Assembly: GCF_020745735.1 (NCBI RefSeq)
Contig: NC_083437.1
Span: 25,110,001-25,174,000 of the forward strand
Direction: 5' to 3'
DNA: 64,000 nucleotides
DNA from: Hemiscyllium ocellatum
Lineage: Eukaryota
Shown: positions 14,103-24,984 of the stretch, piece after piece
How positions within the stretch are numbered: position 1 is the first letter of the stretch
How the letters are laid out: each line of letters opens with the position of its first letter
Position numbers and translations under genes: made by a program
The notes under the pieces: model-generated
Databases searched by the model: none
Seen by the model: only the letters and a program-made list of their open reading frames with translations
Told to the model about the DNA's origin: nothing

Positions 14103-14557
14103 CACTGCTCGGTCCTCCAATATCCCAGAATGTACAGAGATAACAGTCCTCCACAATCCCAGAATGCTCGCGGACTTTGGTCCTCCAATATCCCAGACAG
14201 CGCGAAATACTATTCGGCAAGCTCTTATGTGCGAATCCTGTGTGCAGATATAAATAATACTCAGAAGTTGTTTTTAATTGGATAAATCAATAAATCTGAC
14301 TTATTATATTTGAGTCTGATGGCTTGGTGTTGATTTAATCCCGAGTAAATATACAGGCAGAGCGAAGGCGCTATTAATCCCATAACACCCTGGGCAAGAG
14401 GGTCCTGAGCAGTAGGTGTGAGTGTGGAGGCAACACGTTTTGTCACTTGGAGCTGGGAGAGCAAGAGACCCGGCCCCGTACACCCGGAGCTGGGAGAGCA
14501 AGAGACCCGGCCCCGTACACCCGGAGCTGGGAGAGCAAGAGACCCGGCTCCGACACC
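14103..14557. promoter_or_regulatory. EMC1/MRTO4 bidirectional promoter with ZNF143(Staf)-like motifs
   Basis: Divergent ATGs at 14102 and 14558; CpG-enriched; three 34-bp-spaced GTCCTCCA..ATCCCAGA units (14112, 14146, 14180), best TCCCAGAATGCTCGCG. Confidence 0.75.
14449..14557 (+). repeat. 37-bp tandem repeat (about 3 copies) abutting the MRTO4 start codon
   Basis: GGAGCTGGGAGAGCAAGAGACCCGGCCCCGTACACCC at 14449 and 14486; diverged third copy at 14523 ends in CGACACC-ATG. Confidence 0.95.
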
Positions 14558-14585
14558 ATGCCGCGATCTCGGCGTGACAAGCGGG
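14558..14585 (+). CDS. MRTO4: MRTO4 exon 1
   Basis: MPRSRRDKR + G|GTAGG. Confidence 0.92.
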
Positions 14586-17500
14586 GTAGGGGCTTAAATC
14601 TGTCCTGGGCCGAATTATTACTATATTTGGCCGAATTTAGAGTCCGAGACTGTCCACAAATCCGGACTCAGAACCTAAATAAGTTCCAGTCTGAATAGTT
14701 GGATGGTTCGACAAACTCATTCCTTTTTGTATTATTTCTGCAGTTTCTTTGACTAAGACAACGAAGAAAGGATTACAAGTCAAACAGAACCTGATCGAGG
14801 AGGTGAGTTAACAAGGTAAATAGAGTGGACTCTAATATTTGACCAACTCTTCCAATCCTAGCTCATGGAGTTAAGAATCTTGTTATCCCAATTCTAGCTC
14901 AAAACCAGTCTTTCCATTTCCTCTCCACTTTCTCTTAATTCATTATAACCATTACAGAAACAGTAATTGTAGAACAATACACTGCAAAACAGGCCCTTTG
15001 GCCCTTGATGTTGCGCAGACCTGTGAACTATTCTTGGCTCGTCCCCCTACACTATGCCACCATCATATACGTGCTTAAATTGTTTAAATCTCCCTAATGT
15101 GGCTGAGCTAACTACATTGGCAGGTAGGGCATTCCATGTTCTGAGTAAAGAACTATCTACTGAATAAACATCTATGCCTATTCCAATGCTGCATTGGTCA
15201 CTGCAAACCTGCACTTCATAGACCATTTTCTGACTTACTCCAAATCACATTTACCCATCATCAATATACATGCTAATTTACAGTGGATCCCTGGTTCAGG
15301 AATGCCTAAATTTTTTAATGCTAATCCTCATGTTCAAATTTCTTCATGGGCTCACTGTTTCCTATCTCTGTAACCTTTGTTCCAATGTTACTGGCCATGC
15401 GCTTGGCTGTTGAGTTCCAAAGTTACACTTTTTAAAATTCTTTAAAGGCACCTTGTAAAACCTAGCTTTGGCCAATCTTTAGTCACCCACTCTGATATCC
15501 TTTTGTGAAACTAATAGCCCTGTATCTAATACTGAGTGATAGTCACATTAAGTGTGTTTGGATACTTTTCTTTTGGTCAGGGAATTATAGGCTTATACAG
15601 TGCAAAAGCAGCCTTTTTGGTATAACTCATCTGTGCCAACCAGTTATCCTGAACTGATCTCGTCCTATTTGCTAGCATTTGGCCCAAATTCCTGTAAACT
15701 CTCCTCTTCATATCCCCTTCCAGTTGCTTTTTAACTGTTGTAATTGTGCCCACTTCCACCACCCCCTGTAGCAGCATGTTTGGATACATCATCCTCTGTG
15801 GAAAAAGTACCTTTTAAATCTTTTCCCCCCTCAACTATGCCCATTCCCCTATCCATGCCCCCACGATTCGGTAAACCTCCATAAGGTTATCCCTCAGCCA
15901 CCTACTTTCCAAAAAAATAAGCCACAACCTATTCAGTCTCTCTTTAAGAGTTGATTTTGTGTGCAAATTATTAAGGTTAATTAATTCTTCACTGTAACTA
16001 ATAAGATATCTGGTGGAATACTAATTAACTATGCTGATAGTCTATTTGAACCCTTATTGCTGGTGGTTTTTTTTTAAGTTACGAAAATGTGTGGACACCT
16101 ACAAGAATATATTTGTCTTTTCTATTGAGAATATGCGGAATAACAAGTTGAAGGATATGCGGAGTGCTTGGAAACATAGTCGGTGAGTATTTGACATTAA
16201 ACCTCCTGCCCCAGAAACGTATTAACTGAAGTAGAATGGATATGCAGACATTTGACACTAATTTTTATTTTTGGTATGTAATTTTGGAATCTTGGAACAA
16301 CAGAAGCCAATAGTCATCTTGAGCCCATTTTGCCATTGCATTTCATTGTGGCTGAGCCGTGTTTTAATTCCAGTCACCTTTCATGTTTTTGATTCCTCGT
16401 GCATCCAGCAGTATACTATCTACAAGCACTGTAAAAATTCACCAAGACTCCAACATAATGTTGTGGGTGTATCTACAACAAATGAATGGCAGCAGTTCAA
16501 GCTGTTCACCACCACCTTCTCAAGGGCAATTGGGGACCGGCAATAAGTTCTGACCTGGCCAGTGAAGCCCATATTCCATGAATGAATAGAAAAAAAATGC
16601 AAGTAAAATAGATAATTGAGGTTAATTGATCAATTGACTGGGTAAATGTAAACATGAATTAACAGGCAGAACTGCTGTCTGAAATGAAAGATTGAGTAGT
16701 TAATAAACTTTCTTCACAAAGAAAGGTTCTCTGTTTCTGTCTCTCCAACTGGTTTGGATCTAAATTGATCCTTTTGCAGAGAATGTTTACCTGAAAGTGA
16801 AGATGGAAAACTTCTTTTTGGACAGAAGATTGTAGCTGGAGTTAAATTTGAGAAGAATGGCTAAAACCAAGTCTGGTTTCCCACAATGTCTTGTGAAGCT
16901 GAATTGTGTGGTAAATGGAAAAAATAAGTTAAGATATGGACACAAGTTCATCTTTACTTTTTAAGAAAAAAAGGCCCTAGCATTGTGACTTTCTACTAGA
17001 AACAGGATCCGGTGTAAAATTTTCTTAGAATTAGCGGCTCAACAATTGGACACTGATGTAGGTTTTGAAGTTCTATTCAAAATATGGACACAATTTATAA
17101 GAAATATGATCCATTAAGTGTACCTGAGGCATGGTCAGCCTTTAAATTTTAGAAAGAAAGTTTGATTTCCTAAAATGAAACTGAATGGGATTTGACAGAT
17201 TATATACAAGATTGTTTGTTTGTTTGGTTTTTTTTAGAAAAGCTACTTGGGAATTCATAATTCAGTGCTTGCCTTTCAGTTATTTGGGATGTGTTGAGGT
17301 ATTGAAAATGGATAGACTCCTAGCTTTAATTGGAGTTAGATTTTCAGAAAGAAAGATGTGTTTGGAAGAGATATCAGTAACCTAATGTAATTTTTTGAAA
17401 AAGGGAAAATGTTCAGCCTTAGCAAATTTCATGGCTCATATACTTAGAGTCAGAGAGGTGGACAACATGGAACCAGACCCTTCGGTCCAACTTGTCAATG

Positions 17501-20500
17501 CCGACCAGATATTCTAACCTAATCTAGTCCCATTTGCCGGTTCTTTCCCAAATCCCTCTAAACCCTTATTCATATACCCATCCAGGTGCCTTTTAAATGC
17601 TGTAATTGTACCAGCTTCCACACTTCTGGCAGCTCATTCCATACACACAACACTCTCTATGTGAAAAAGTTGTTCCTTAGGTCCCTTTTAAATCTTTGCC
17701 CTCTCACTCTAAACCTATGCCCTCTAGTACTGGACTCCCCCACCCTAGGGAAAAGACCTTGTCTGTTTATCCTATCCATACCCCTCATAAGTTTATATGC
17801 AAACAATGGCAGCCACTGTGTTAGCAGCAATGCAAGATTGCCCAAGTATGGTTTATAAGCACCAATATGAAAGGAGAATCGAAATAAACCAAGTGGGAAT
17901 GGAGATTCCTCTAGCAAATAAAGCAAACAACATAATGTGGGGAAATGTAACAGTAGACCAAACTCAGGAATGCCTTTAAACTATTCAACAGATGTTTTTG
18001 ATGCAGCTTGAAACACTTTTATGTAATGAATTATTGCAAACAGAAGTACATATGGTTTTTTAAAATTGGAAGGTTCTTCAGCCCAGTAATGAATGTTTTA
18101 ACCACAATCACATTGAATTACACTGTGTTGGATAGTATATGCATATTCACAATGCATGAAATGAATTGATTAAAATGTTACTTCAATAGATTTTGAGCAA
18201 GATAAATTAAAAGGGAATTTCAGAAAAGAAATCAGGTTTTGGGGGCTTTTTAAATATCAGTTAATGTTTTAAGCAGAATAAATCAGGAATCCACAGCACC
18301 TGGAAAGTTTTGATCACCATCAGGTTTCCCAGAACAATTTTCCATCTGAGGAAAATGAACAGACCAGTAAAGAAATTTGATTGGACAGTTACACTTGGAT
18401 GAGACCAACTGCCAGTTATGACATATTGAAACTGAATTGTCTGATGAGACATGCTACTGTTGAGGAAATTGAGAGCATTAAATAAACTACATTCAAAAAG
18501 GAGCACATTTGTGATTCCAACCTTGGGTGACCCAAAGATGTGAAACTAATCCTTTTTATAGCAAAACTTCATATGCATATGCCAATCTCCTGTATGGCAA
18601 GATTTATCATCTCCTTGGTGGGAATGAATAAATGTTATCCATTATCTTGAGAATCTGAAAATAAACATTAGTTAAAAGTATGTAAGCTGCTGAAAATTTG
18701 ACATTGATAGAAGATGTAACAACAGGAATATATTTATCCAAAAGTCTAAACTAAATCCTAATAAAAGTTTTCCAGTCTGAGAAAGGTTTATCTATAGAAT
18801 GTTTTGTGGACACCCGTTCTTTTTGGGATAACTTATGTTCAAAAAAGGTGTCATTTTATTTAAAATGGTTGAGCATTAACTTTGCCATTATAACAGGATT
18901 CTGAGAAAGAGTTTTCTAAACTGAAGTGTGTTGGTACTTGTTAGCAGTTGTCAGAATGTTTCTCAAAATATCTGCTTGCTCTATAGAAATTGTTGGAATT
19001 CTTGAAGATGGGCATCTGACTTTCTCAGGACTTAGAAAAATATGAGAGGAAAATATCAAATTTTGTCTCAGTCACTTTGTGATTAAATTTTTTTCGTTCA
19101 AAGAAAGGGTACCATGAAAGGTTTGTATTTTATAGAATATTAAAAAATATAATTTTGATCAGTTGTATTACAAACAACGGAAAATCCTATTTACTTCTAA
19201 TAGTTTTGGCCAAGGATTGGTTGTATGTCATCAAAAGTTTTTTCATTTAAAAGATAAGGGATTTGTTTTCCTTCAACCTAATATAATACCTCCATTACCA
19301 TCAAATTCTGAGGTGAAACTTGAACCCAGGCCTTCTAGCCCAGAGGAAGGGACACACTACCACTGCAGCACAAGTTATTTGAAGTCTATCTGTTCAGACA
19401 TGCTGTGACAAACCTCATGGATAAGTGAAACTTGAACTTGAACCTGACCATCTGGCTCAGGGAGAAACTGTCATTTCATCACATGACTTTTTTTTGGATA
19501 AGAGGGCAATATGTTAATATAGCAAGTAGTTAAACGAATAGTGGGGGATTAATCAATCATTTGACTGCGTAGACAAAAATGGGAAGTTGTTAGAATGGCT
19601 GTGTGCAAGGAGCTGTTAGACTGAGTGGTTAATTAACTCCACCTACAAACAATGGTAATGCAGTTGCTGTCTCACTGACTTGACTCCATAGCGGCACCTT
19701 CATGCCTACCTCTGACTTAAATCTTATCAGCTTCAGTTGTGAGATCTCTGTGACTTTTCAATTCCAAGACGTTCTTTTATTTTGGAACTAATGCAGTGAA
19801 GTCAGAATATTTTCAATGTGAACGTCCTATTCCATAGATTAATCTATTTACATACCTATCAATGTCCCTTTTGAGGCTTTGTATTGCTACCTACATTATT
19901 TACTGTGCCACCTAATCTGAGCAAACTTAGATATGAGAAAACAAAATATTGTGAATGTTGGAAATCTGGAATAGGTTCAATAAAAACAAAGTGCCACAGA
20001 AACTCATGTATGACAGCATCCGTGGAAAGGGAGACCGTTTGACACCTCTTCTAAACATACTGAACCAGTAGTTATATTCTGTGAATTGAGTGCATGTTCA
20101 TTATCCTGATTGGTGAAGAGGGAAGAGACAATTACCTCAGCAGGTAAATAACTTGACTATCAGTTTTGTTTAAGCGTGAAACTATATTGTTCTCTGCTTG
20201 AACAGGTTTTTCTTTGGTAAAAACAAAGTGATGATGGTGGCACTGGGAAAAGAACCAGCAGATGAGTACAAGGATGGTTTGCACAAGGTAAGCTCTCTGA
20301 AAAGGCCATTTATGAAACCAGTGAATCTTCTTTTAAGCCTATATTTCCAGAAGCAAAACTTGTTTGGTTTTGTCTCGTCTTGTGTTTCAAGTTTGTCTTG
20401 CTTAAGTTGTGATGAAAGGTCATTGCGAAAGAGTAATCCTGCATTGTAATCTTCTAATGCAGCCTGATCTGAATATTTCCAGCATGTGCAGAATTTGTTT

Positions 20501-21339
20501 TCTCTCTCTAGATCAGTAAGCAGTTGCAAGGTGAAGTTGGTCTTCTGTTCACTAATCGAACAAAAGTGGAAGTGATTGAGTGAGTCTCCCAATGTGTTTT
20601 TTTTTGTTTACTTTCTTTGACCTGCTTAAGCTGCACCCATTCCTTTTAATTTTTTAGTCTTTCTACTGAGTAATGTACTCTCTTGCTCAAATCAATAGGT
20701 GGTTTGATCAATACACAGAATCTGATTTTGCCCGTGCTGGGAATATAGCTACAATGGCTGTTACGCTAGATGCTGGGCCCCTGCCACAGTTCACACACTC
20801 TCTTGAACCACAACTGCGACAGCTTGGGTTACCAACCTCTCTGAAGAAAGGTATGATAGTAAAAATCAAGTTATGCAAACTGATCGTGAAGAGTAGCCGG
20901 TGATCCAATTTTCAACTTTCATAGAGAAAAGAATAAGATTCAGAACGGTCGGCAATAATTGGATTTCACTTGTGGTCTCTCTCTCCTAGGTGTTGTGACA
21001 TTATTATCTGATTATGATGTATGTAAAGAAGGTGCCTCGCTGACGCCTGAACAAGCACGTCTTCTGGTTAGTCTTTACTTTCAATAAATAGCTTGAAGTC
21101 ACTATGACCAACTGGAATCTGCTGTTAAGTTGATAAACATAACTGCAAGTCAAAAGAATTCTCCAATTTTCGGTATTCCAATAAAAATACAAGTATGGGT
21201 GACATGGATACTGATTCCTAATTGTTCACTGTCTTTTCTCCAGAAATTGCTTGGTATTGAAATGGCAACCTTCAAAGTGACGATAAACTGCATGTGGAAC
21301 TCTGAGACTGGTGAATTTGAGCAACTGACAACTGATTGA
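14558..21339 (+). CDS. MRTO4: mRNA turnover protein 4 homolog / 60S ribosome maturation factor Mrt4 (8 exons, 221 aa)
   Basis: Join 14558-14585, 14744-14802, 16079-16182, 20206-20287, 20512-20579, 20699-20850, 20990-21066, 21244-21339 = 666 nt, open frame. [55 protein letters not shown]. Confidence 0.97.
14744..14802 (+). CDS. MRTO4: MRTO4 exon 2
   Basis: [19 protein letters not shown]. Confidence 0.93.
14970..15160 (-). mobile_element. CR1 3' end fragment (same subfamily as 48080)
   Basis: AACAGGCCCTTTGGCCC...TCTCCCTAATGTGGCTGAG shared with 48105-48230. Confidence 0.65.
15575..15940 (-). mobile_element. CR1 3' fragment
   Basis: [16 protein letters not shown] resembles the CR1 ORF2 C-terminus. 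Confidence 0.7.
16079..16182 (+). CDS. MRTO4: MRTO4 exon 3
   Basis: [34 protein letters not shown]. Confidence 0.94.
17445..17792 (-). mobile_element. CR1 3' fragment
   Basis: [30 protein letters not shown]. Confidence 0.85.
20206..20287 (+). CDS. MRTO4: MRTO4 exon 4
   Basis: [27 protein letters not shown]. Confidence 0.94.
20512..20579 (+). CDS. MRTO4: MRTO4 exon 5
   Basis: [22 protein letters not shown]. Confidence 0.94.
20699..20850 (+). CDS. MRTO4: MRTO4 exon 6
   Basis: [17 protein letters not shown]...[18 protein letters not shown]. Confidence 0.94.
20990..21066 (+). CDS. MRTO4: MRTO4 exon 7
   Basis: [25 protein letters not shown]. Confidence 0.94.
21244..21339 (+). CDS. MRTO4: MRTO4 exon 8 (coding part)
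   Basis: [34 protein letters not shown]. Confidence 0.92.
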   Translation, partial: KLLGIEMATFKVTINCMWNSETGEFEQLTTD

Positions 21340-21513
21340 TGCAAAAAGCCAAGGGTAGAGGAAATGTATGAAGAGCAAGAGTGACCGAGTGCAAGTTGAA
21401 GGGCTGAAGCCTGCGTTTCAAAAGTGGCAGTTTTCAGTGACTAATTAACAATTTCACAATCATTTGGGAAACAACTGTTGCAAATGTGGACACTGAATTA
21501 AGTGAGCATTTTT

Positions 21514-21519
21514 AATAAA
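21514..21519 (+). terminator. MRTO4 polyadenylation signal
   Basis: AATAAA about 175 nt after the stop codon. Confidence 0.65.
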
Positions 21520-21768
21520 GTTTGGAACTTCAACAGATTTATTGGCTGGGTCTCATCTACTGGTGCGAGAGATGTGCAGTACTGCAGTTAATTGGTATGT
21601 ACTGATCTTTGAGGAACCTGTTAACATGAAGATCCTAACATTACAAACAAAACAACCCTATGTAGATATATATAATGTCCTATCCGAGTTCTTAACTGCT
21701 AATGAATGTCTTTGAAATGGCACTTTTGTGACTACTGGGGAAGGCAGTGGCATGGTGTCACTGGACGT

Positions 21769-21857
21769 GTGCTGGGAATAGTTAAAATTGCTTTTACGCA
21801 CAGCCACTTTACACTTCAGTCACAGCTGCCTCACTTTGGTTACCAACCTCTGAAGAA
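21769..21857 (+). pseudogene. decayed duplicate of MRTO4 exon 6
   Basis: GTGCTGGGAATA..GTTAAAATTGCTTTTACGC and GGTTACCAACCTCTGAAGAA match exon 6 GTGCTGGGAATATAGCTACAATGGCTGTTACGC and GGGTTACCAACCTCTCTGAAGAA, with deletions. Confidence 0.75.
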
Positions 21858-21963
21858 TAGCAATAAGTAACAGTAGTTCATGCAAACTGGGGATGACAGT
21901 AGTCAGTATTATTCCCAGTTTCTGTTGTTACAAATGAAAGTTGAAGACTTGGAACAGTAAGTA

Positions 21964-22182
21964 TCTGGATTAGTGGTGCTGGAAGAGCACAGCAGTTCAG
22001 GCAACATCCGAAGTGCAGCGAAATCGACGTTTCGGGCAAAAGCCCTTCATCGGGAATTCCCGATGAAGGGCTTTTGCCCGAAACGTCGATTTCGCTGCAC
22101 TTTGGATGTTGCCTGAACTGTGCTCTTCCAGCACCACTAATCCTGAATCTGGTTTCCAGCATCTGCAGTCATTGTTTTTACC
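21964..22182. mobile_element. palindromic non-autonomous Penelope-like derivative
   Basis: About 90-bp arms centred on GGGAATTCCC (22052-22061); TSD ACAGTAAGTA at 21954-21963 and 22183-22192; same termini as the element at 37986-39226. Confidence 0.85.
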
Positions 22183-22562
22183 ACAGTAAGTAGTAGCTCA
22201 CTTTGTCAATCTATAACCTGTTTGATCACTTTGCAGCTAATGGATGACTTTGAAATGTTAAGATTGGGGAAAGCAAGAGTGTAGTAGTATTGTCACTGTC
22301 CAGAACCCCAGGCAAATGTTCTAGAGGCTGGTTCTGAATCCTTTTGTTACTGTTGATAACACTTGAACTCAAAAAGTGACCATGTAACCATTGTTGATTG
22401 ATGTGAAAATAGTGTTTAGGGGTACTGTGTGTTCCGGTCTGGCTGACTCTAGACCCAGAATTTGGCTGCCTGTTAACTTCATTCTGGGTTTTAGAGATGG
22501 TGATAAATGCTGGTCTAGCCACCGTCTCCCACGTTCCATTATTGAGCTTATGTTTTTAGTAA

Positions 22563-22690
22563 GGAGGAGAAAGTGAGGACTGCAGATGCTAGAGATCAGA
22601 GCTGAAAACGTGTTGCTGGAAAAGCGCAGCAGATCAGGCAGCATCCAAAGAGCAGGAGAATCGACGTTTCGGGCATGAGCCCTTCAGGAA
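22563..22690 (-). mobile_element. short Penelope-like terminal fragment
   Basis: TSD TTTTTAGTAA at 22553 and 22691; hammerhead-like remnant GGGCTCATGCCCGAAACGTCG on - strand. Confidence 0.75.
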
Positions 22691-23298
22691 TTTTTAGTAA
22701 TGTCAGAGCCACTTTAGGAGCCACAAGATGCTATGACCAGTTTCTTCGGCGTTGGGGCCGGGGGGGGGCTGTTGTTTGCTGAAGAATAGAACGTTCTACT
22801 CTATAAAAGAGACTAGAGGCCTTTTCTATGCTTTCTCAGGTAGCTAAGATTGTAGTTTGAGAGATGGTGGCCTCGTAACAATGTTAAAGGATTGTAGAGG
22901 GAATGCATGGGAATAAAATCGTATTATGAGAATTTAATTTTAATGACTAAAATGCTAATCTTAATAAAGCTACTAGATTATCATAACAAATGTGGTTTTG
23001 TTCACTAGTGTCCTACTTGGAATGAAATCTGCCATTCTTACCCAGTGTGCTGCAGATCTGGAATAACCTATGTGATTTGACTATTAACTATTCAATGCAA
23101 GTAGGATTAGGGCCAATTAGAGTAAGGTTAGGGCCAATCAAGCATAGTAGTGGGAAGTTGTGGGTGGAGTCGGAGGAGATAGGTGTTCAATGAATACTTC
23201 TGTCTTTTTCTAGTGGGATTACTTACAATGTGGTCGTGGAGAATACTGAGGTACAGGCAACTAGACTAGATGGGATTGAGGAGGTGTTAAAAATTCTG

Positions 23299-23516
23299 GT
23301 AAAAATCACACAATACCAGGTTATAGTCCAACAGGTTTAATTGGAAGCACACTAGCTTTTGGAGCGACGCTCCTTCATCAGGTTATTGACTATCACCTGG
23401 TAAAGGAGAGTCACTCCAAAAGCTAGTGTACTTCCAATTAAACCTGTTGGACTATAACCTGGTGTTGTGATTTTTTAACTTTGCACACCCCAGTTCAACA
23501 CCAGCATCTCCAAATC
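23299..23516. mobile_element. palindromic short element of a second Penelope-like family
   Basis: Inverted arms CCAGGTTATAGTCCAACAGGTTTAATTGGAAG / CTTCCAATTAAACCTGTTGGACTATAACCTGG; TSD TTAAAAATTCTG at 23287 and 23517. Confidence 0.8.
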
Positions 23517-23629
23517 TTAAAAATTCTGAAAAGTGTAAAAACAGAAGTCCCCTGGGCCAGTTGAGATTTATCCTAGGATTCTCTGGGAAGCCACGGAGGA
23601 GATTGCAGAACCTTTTGGCTTTGATCTTT

Positions 23630-24984
23630 ATCGAGTTTTGAGAAGATTTGTAGCTCAGGCTGAGGATTTAAATGTAGGTTTGCTCGCTGAGCTGGAAGGT
23701 TTGTTTGCAGATGTGTTGTTACCATACTAGGTAATATCTTCAGTAGGCCTCAGGCAAAGCAATGCTGAAAAAATTCCTGCTTTCTATTTATATGTTTGGA
23801 TTTCTTTGGGTTGGTGATGTTATTCCGTGTGGTGCTGTTATTTCCTGTGGTGAAGTCACTTCCTGTTCCTTTTCTCAGGGGTGGTAGATGGGGTCTAACT
23901 CAGTGTTTGTTGATAGAGTAACAGTTGGAATGCCATGCTTCTAGGAATTCTTGTGCGTGTCTTTGTTTGGCTTGTCCTAGGATGGATGTGTTGTCCCAGT
24001 CGAAGTGGTGTCCTCCTTCATCCGTATGTGAGGATACTAGTGAGAGAGGGTCATGTCGTTTTGTAGCTAGTTGGTGTTCATGTATCCTGGTGGCTAGTTT
24101 TCTGTCTTTGTCCAATGTAGTGTTTGTTACAGTCGTTGCATGGTATTTTGTAAATGACATTAGTTTTGTTTGTTGTCTGTATAGGGTCTTTCAAGTTCAT
24201 TAGCTGCTGTTTTAGTGTGTTGGTGGGTTTATGGGCTATCATGATGCCAAGGGGTCTGAATAGTCTGGTAGTCCTTTCCTTGATGTAGGGGCGTGGCTAG
24301 GGTTTCTGGACGTGTTTTGTCTGCTTGTTTGGGTTTGTTGCTGAGAAATCGGCAGACTGTGTTCATTGGGTACCCATTCTTTTTGAATACACAGTGTAGA
24401 TGATTTTCCTCTGCTCTGCGTAGTTCCTCTGCAACAGTGTGTGTTGGTTCGTTGAAATAATGTTCTGATGTAGCTTCGTTCGTTGGGATGATTGTTTCTG
24501 TAGTTCAATTTTTGGTCTGTATAAGTTGTTTTCCTGTAGACTCTGGTTTGAAGCTCCCCATTGGCTGTTTGTTCTACTGTAACATCTAGGAATGGCAGTT
24601 TGTTGTTGTTTTCCTCCTCTTTAGTGAATTTTATGCCAGTAAGGGTATAATTGATGGTCTTGAAGGTTTCGTCTAACTTGTTTAGTGATGACAAAGATGT
24701 TATCCACATAGTGGACCCAGAGTTTGGGTTGGATGGTTGGCAGAGCTGTTTGCTCAAGTCTCTGCATTACTGCCTCTAAGAACCCTGATATCGGAGATTC
24801 CATGTGTGTTCCCTTGGTTTGTCTGTAGGTTTTGTTGTTGGAGGTGAAGTGGATGGTAAGGCATAGGTCCACTAGCTTGACGATACTGTTCTTGCTGATG
24901 AAGTTAGTGGTGTTTGGCGTATGTGTCTTTGAGTCTTCTAATAGTGTAGTCAGTGTTTCCTTGGCCGGTTAATGTTGATTGACG
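23630..24984 (-). mobile_element. Penelope-like (Poseidon-type) retroelement, 5'-truncated: RT plus GIY-YIG
   Basis: YRQTKGTHMESPISG, WVHYVDNIFVI, IKFTKEEENNNKLPFLDV, VYRKTTYTD, RKLATRIHEH, FLEAWHS; TSD TTGATCTTT at 23621 and 24985. Confidence 0.9.

Noticed and set aside
14112-14557. CRISPR-like regularly spaced repeats
   Set aside because: Eukaryotic context; tandem units without unique spacers; no cas genes
21337-21520. Selenocysteine recoding of the MRTO4 TGA (TGA-TGC would give U-C)
   Set aside because: No SECIS-like ATGA..AA..GA stem visible in the short 3' UTR, and MRTO4 is not a known selenoprotein family
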